NCBI RefSeq assembly: GCF_963921235.1
Contig: NC_086097.1
Location: 26,786,001 to 26,850,000, forward strand
DNA: 64,000 nt
Direction: 5' to 3'
Source: Mobula hypostoma
Lineage: Eukaryota
Part shown: piece by piece, positions 62,872 through 64,000 of the stretch
Layout of the letters: each line of letters starts with the position of its first letter
How positions within the stretch are numbered: position 1 is the stretch's first letter
Notes under the pieces: model-generated
Databases searched by the model: none
Told to the model about the DNA's origin: nothing
Seen by the model: the letters and a program-made list of their open reading frames with translations, nothing else
Program-made: the position numbers and the translations under genes

Positions 62872-63324
62872 GTGAGTTGGGTCTTCAGGAAGTCGTCGAT
62901 GCAGAAAATGCAGTCAGTAGTGAGAGATGAGTGCCTTGTTTAGAAAGGTGTTGAAGGACAAATGTGAGAAAATCTTGCTATGTTCATGGTTTTCTGCTGC
63001 TGTCGCCCATCCACTTCCAGGTTCAATGTGTTGTGCGTTCAGGGGTGCTGCACATCCCTGTTGTAACGTGTGGTTATTTACGTTACTGTCACCTTCTTGT
63101 CAGTTTGAAACAGTCTGGCCATTCTCCTCTGACCTCTCTTATTAACAAGACATTTCTGCCCCCTCATTGGATGTGTTTTTTTTTGTTTTTTTTTTAACAC
63201 CATTCTCTGTAAAATCTAGAGACTGTGTGCGAAAATCTCAGGAGATCAGCAGATACTGAGATGCTCAAGCCACCCTATCTGGCACCAACAATCATTCCCT
63301 GGTCAAAGTCAGTTAGATTACATT

Positions 63325-64000
63325 TATAGAAAAGTACTGCACAGAAACAGGCCTTTTGGCCCATTCAGTCCGTGCTGAGCCATTTAAACTGCTTATTCCC
63401 AGCGACCACAGCTCTCCATACCCCTACCATCCAAGTACCTATCAAAACTTCTCTTAAATGTTGAAATTGAGCTTGCATGCATCTCTTGCACTGGCAGCTC
63501 ATTCCACACTCTCATGACCCTCTGAGTGAAGGAGTTTCCCCTCGTGTTCCCCTTAAACCTTTCACCTTTAACCCATGACCTCTTGTAGTCCCACCCGACC
63601 GTGGAAAAAGCCTGCTTGCATTTACCCTATCTATACCCTCATAATTTTGTATACTTTTAACAAATCTCCCCTCAATCTTCTATGTTCCAGAAATAAAGTC
63701 CTAACCTATTCAATCTTTTCCTTGTTACTCTGGTCCTCTAGACCCGTCAACATCCTTGTAAATTTTTTCTGTATTCTTTCAACCTTATTTACGTCTTACC
63801 TGTAGGTCGGTGAGCAAAACTGCACATAATACTCCAAATTAGGCCTCGCCAATGTCTTATACAACTTCAACATAACATCCCATCTCCTGTACTGAATACT
63901 TTGATTTATGAAGAGCAATGTACCAAAGCTTTCTCAATAACCCTATCAACCTGTGGCACCACTTTCAATGAACTATGGACCTGTATTCCCAGATCCCTTT
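63325..64000 (-). mobile_element. CR1 3' fragment
   Basis: Same family as 26300-26810; the minus strand encodes LKLYKTLARPNLELCAV-like sequence. Confidence 0.75.

Overview
Eukaryotic, repeat-rich vertebrate DNA; the repeat landscape (CR1, Rex1/Babar-type LINEs, Penelope-like elements, tRNA-SINEs) suggests a cartilaginous fish, which is an inference. Two protein-coding genes lie head-to-head: EFCAB11 on the minus strand (coding exons 1-5 from 50056 down to 27392; last exon not found, probably left of the window) and TDP1 on the plus strand (first three coding exons, 56475-62871), with a CpG-rich promoter zone between them. The rest is intronic and mostly transposon-derived. The most unusual object is a 2.27-kb fold-back LTR insertion (28110-30377). 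It carries a 39-nt CCA-terminated tRNA-Pro copy (an over-extended primer-binding site), a captured chimeric myosin heavy-chain rod fragment and a nested PIF/Harbinger-like MITE. Also notable: Penelope-like insertions with inverted pLTRs, target-site duplications (TSDs) and intact minimal hammerhead ribozyme cores; a GC-AG intron and an apparently lost ATM SQ site in TDP1; and a 1.6-kb minisatellite with higher-order structure. All homologies are from recall of known families, not database searches, and boundaries of degenerate repeats are approximate.
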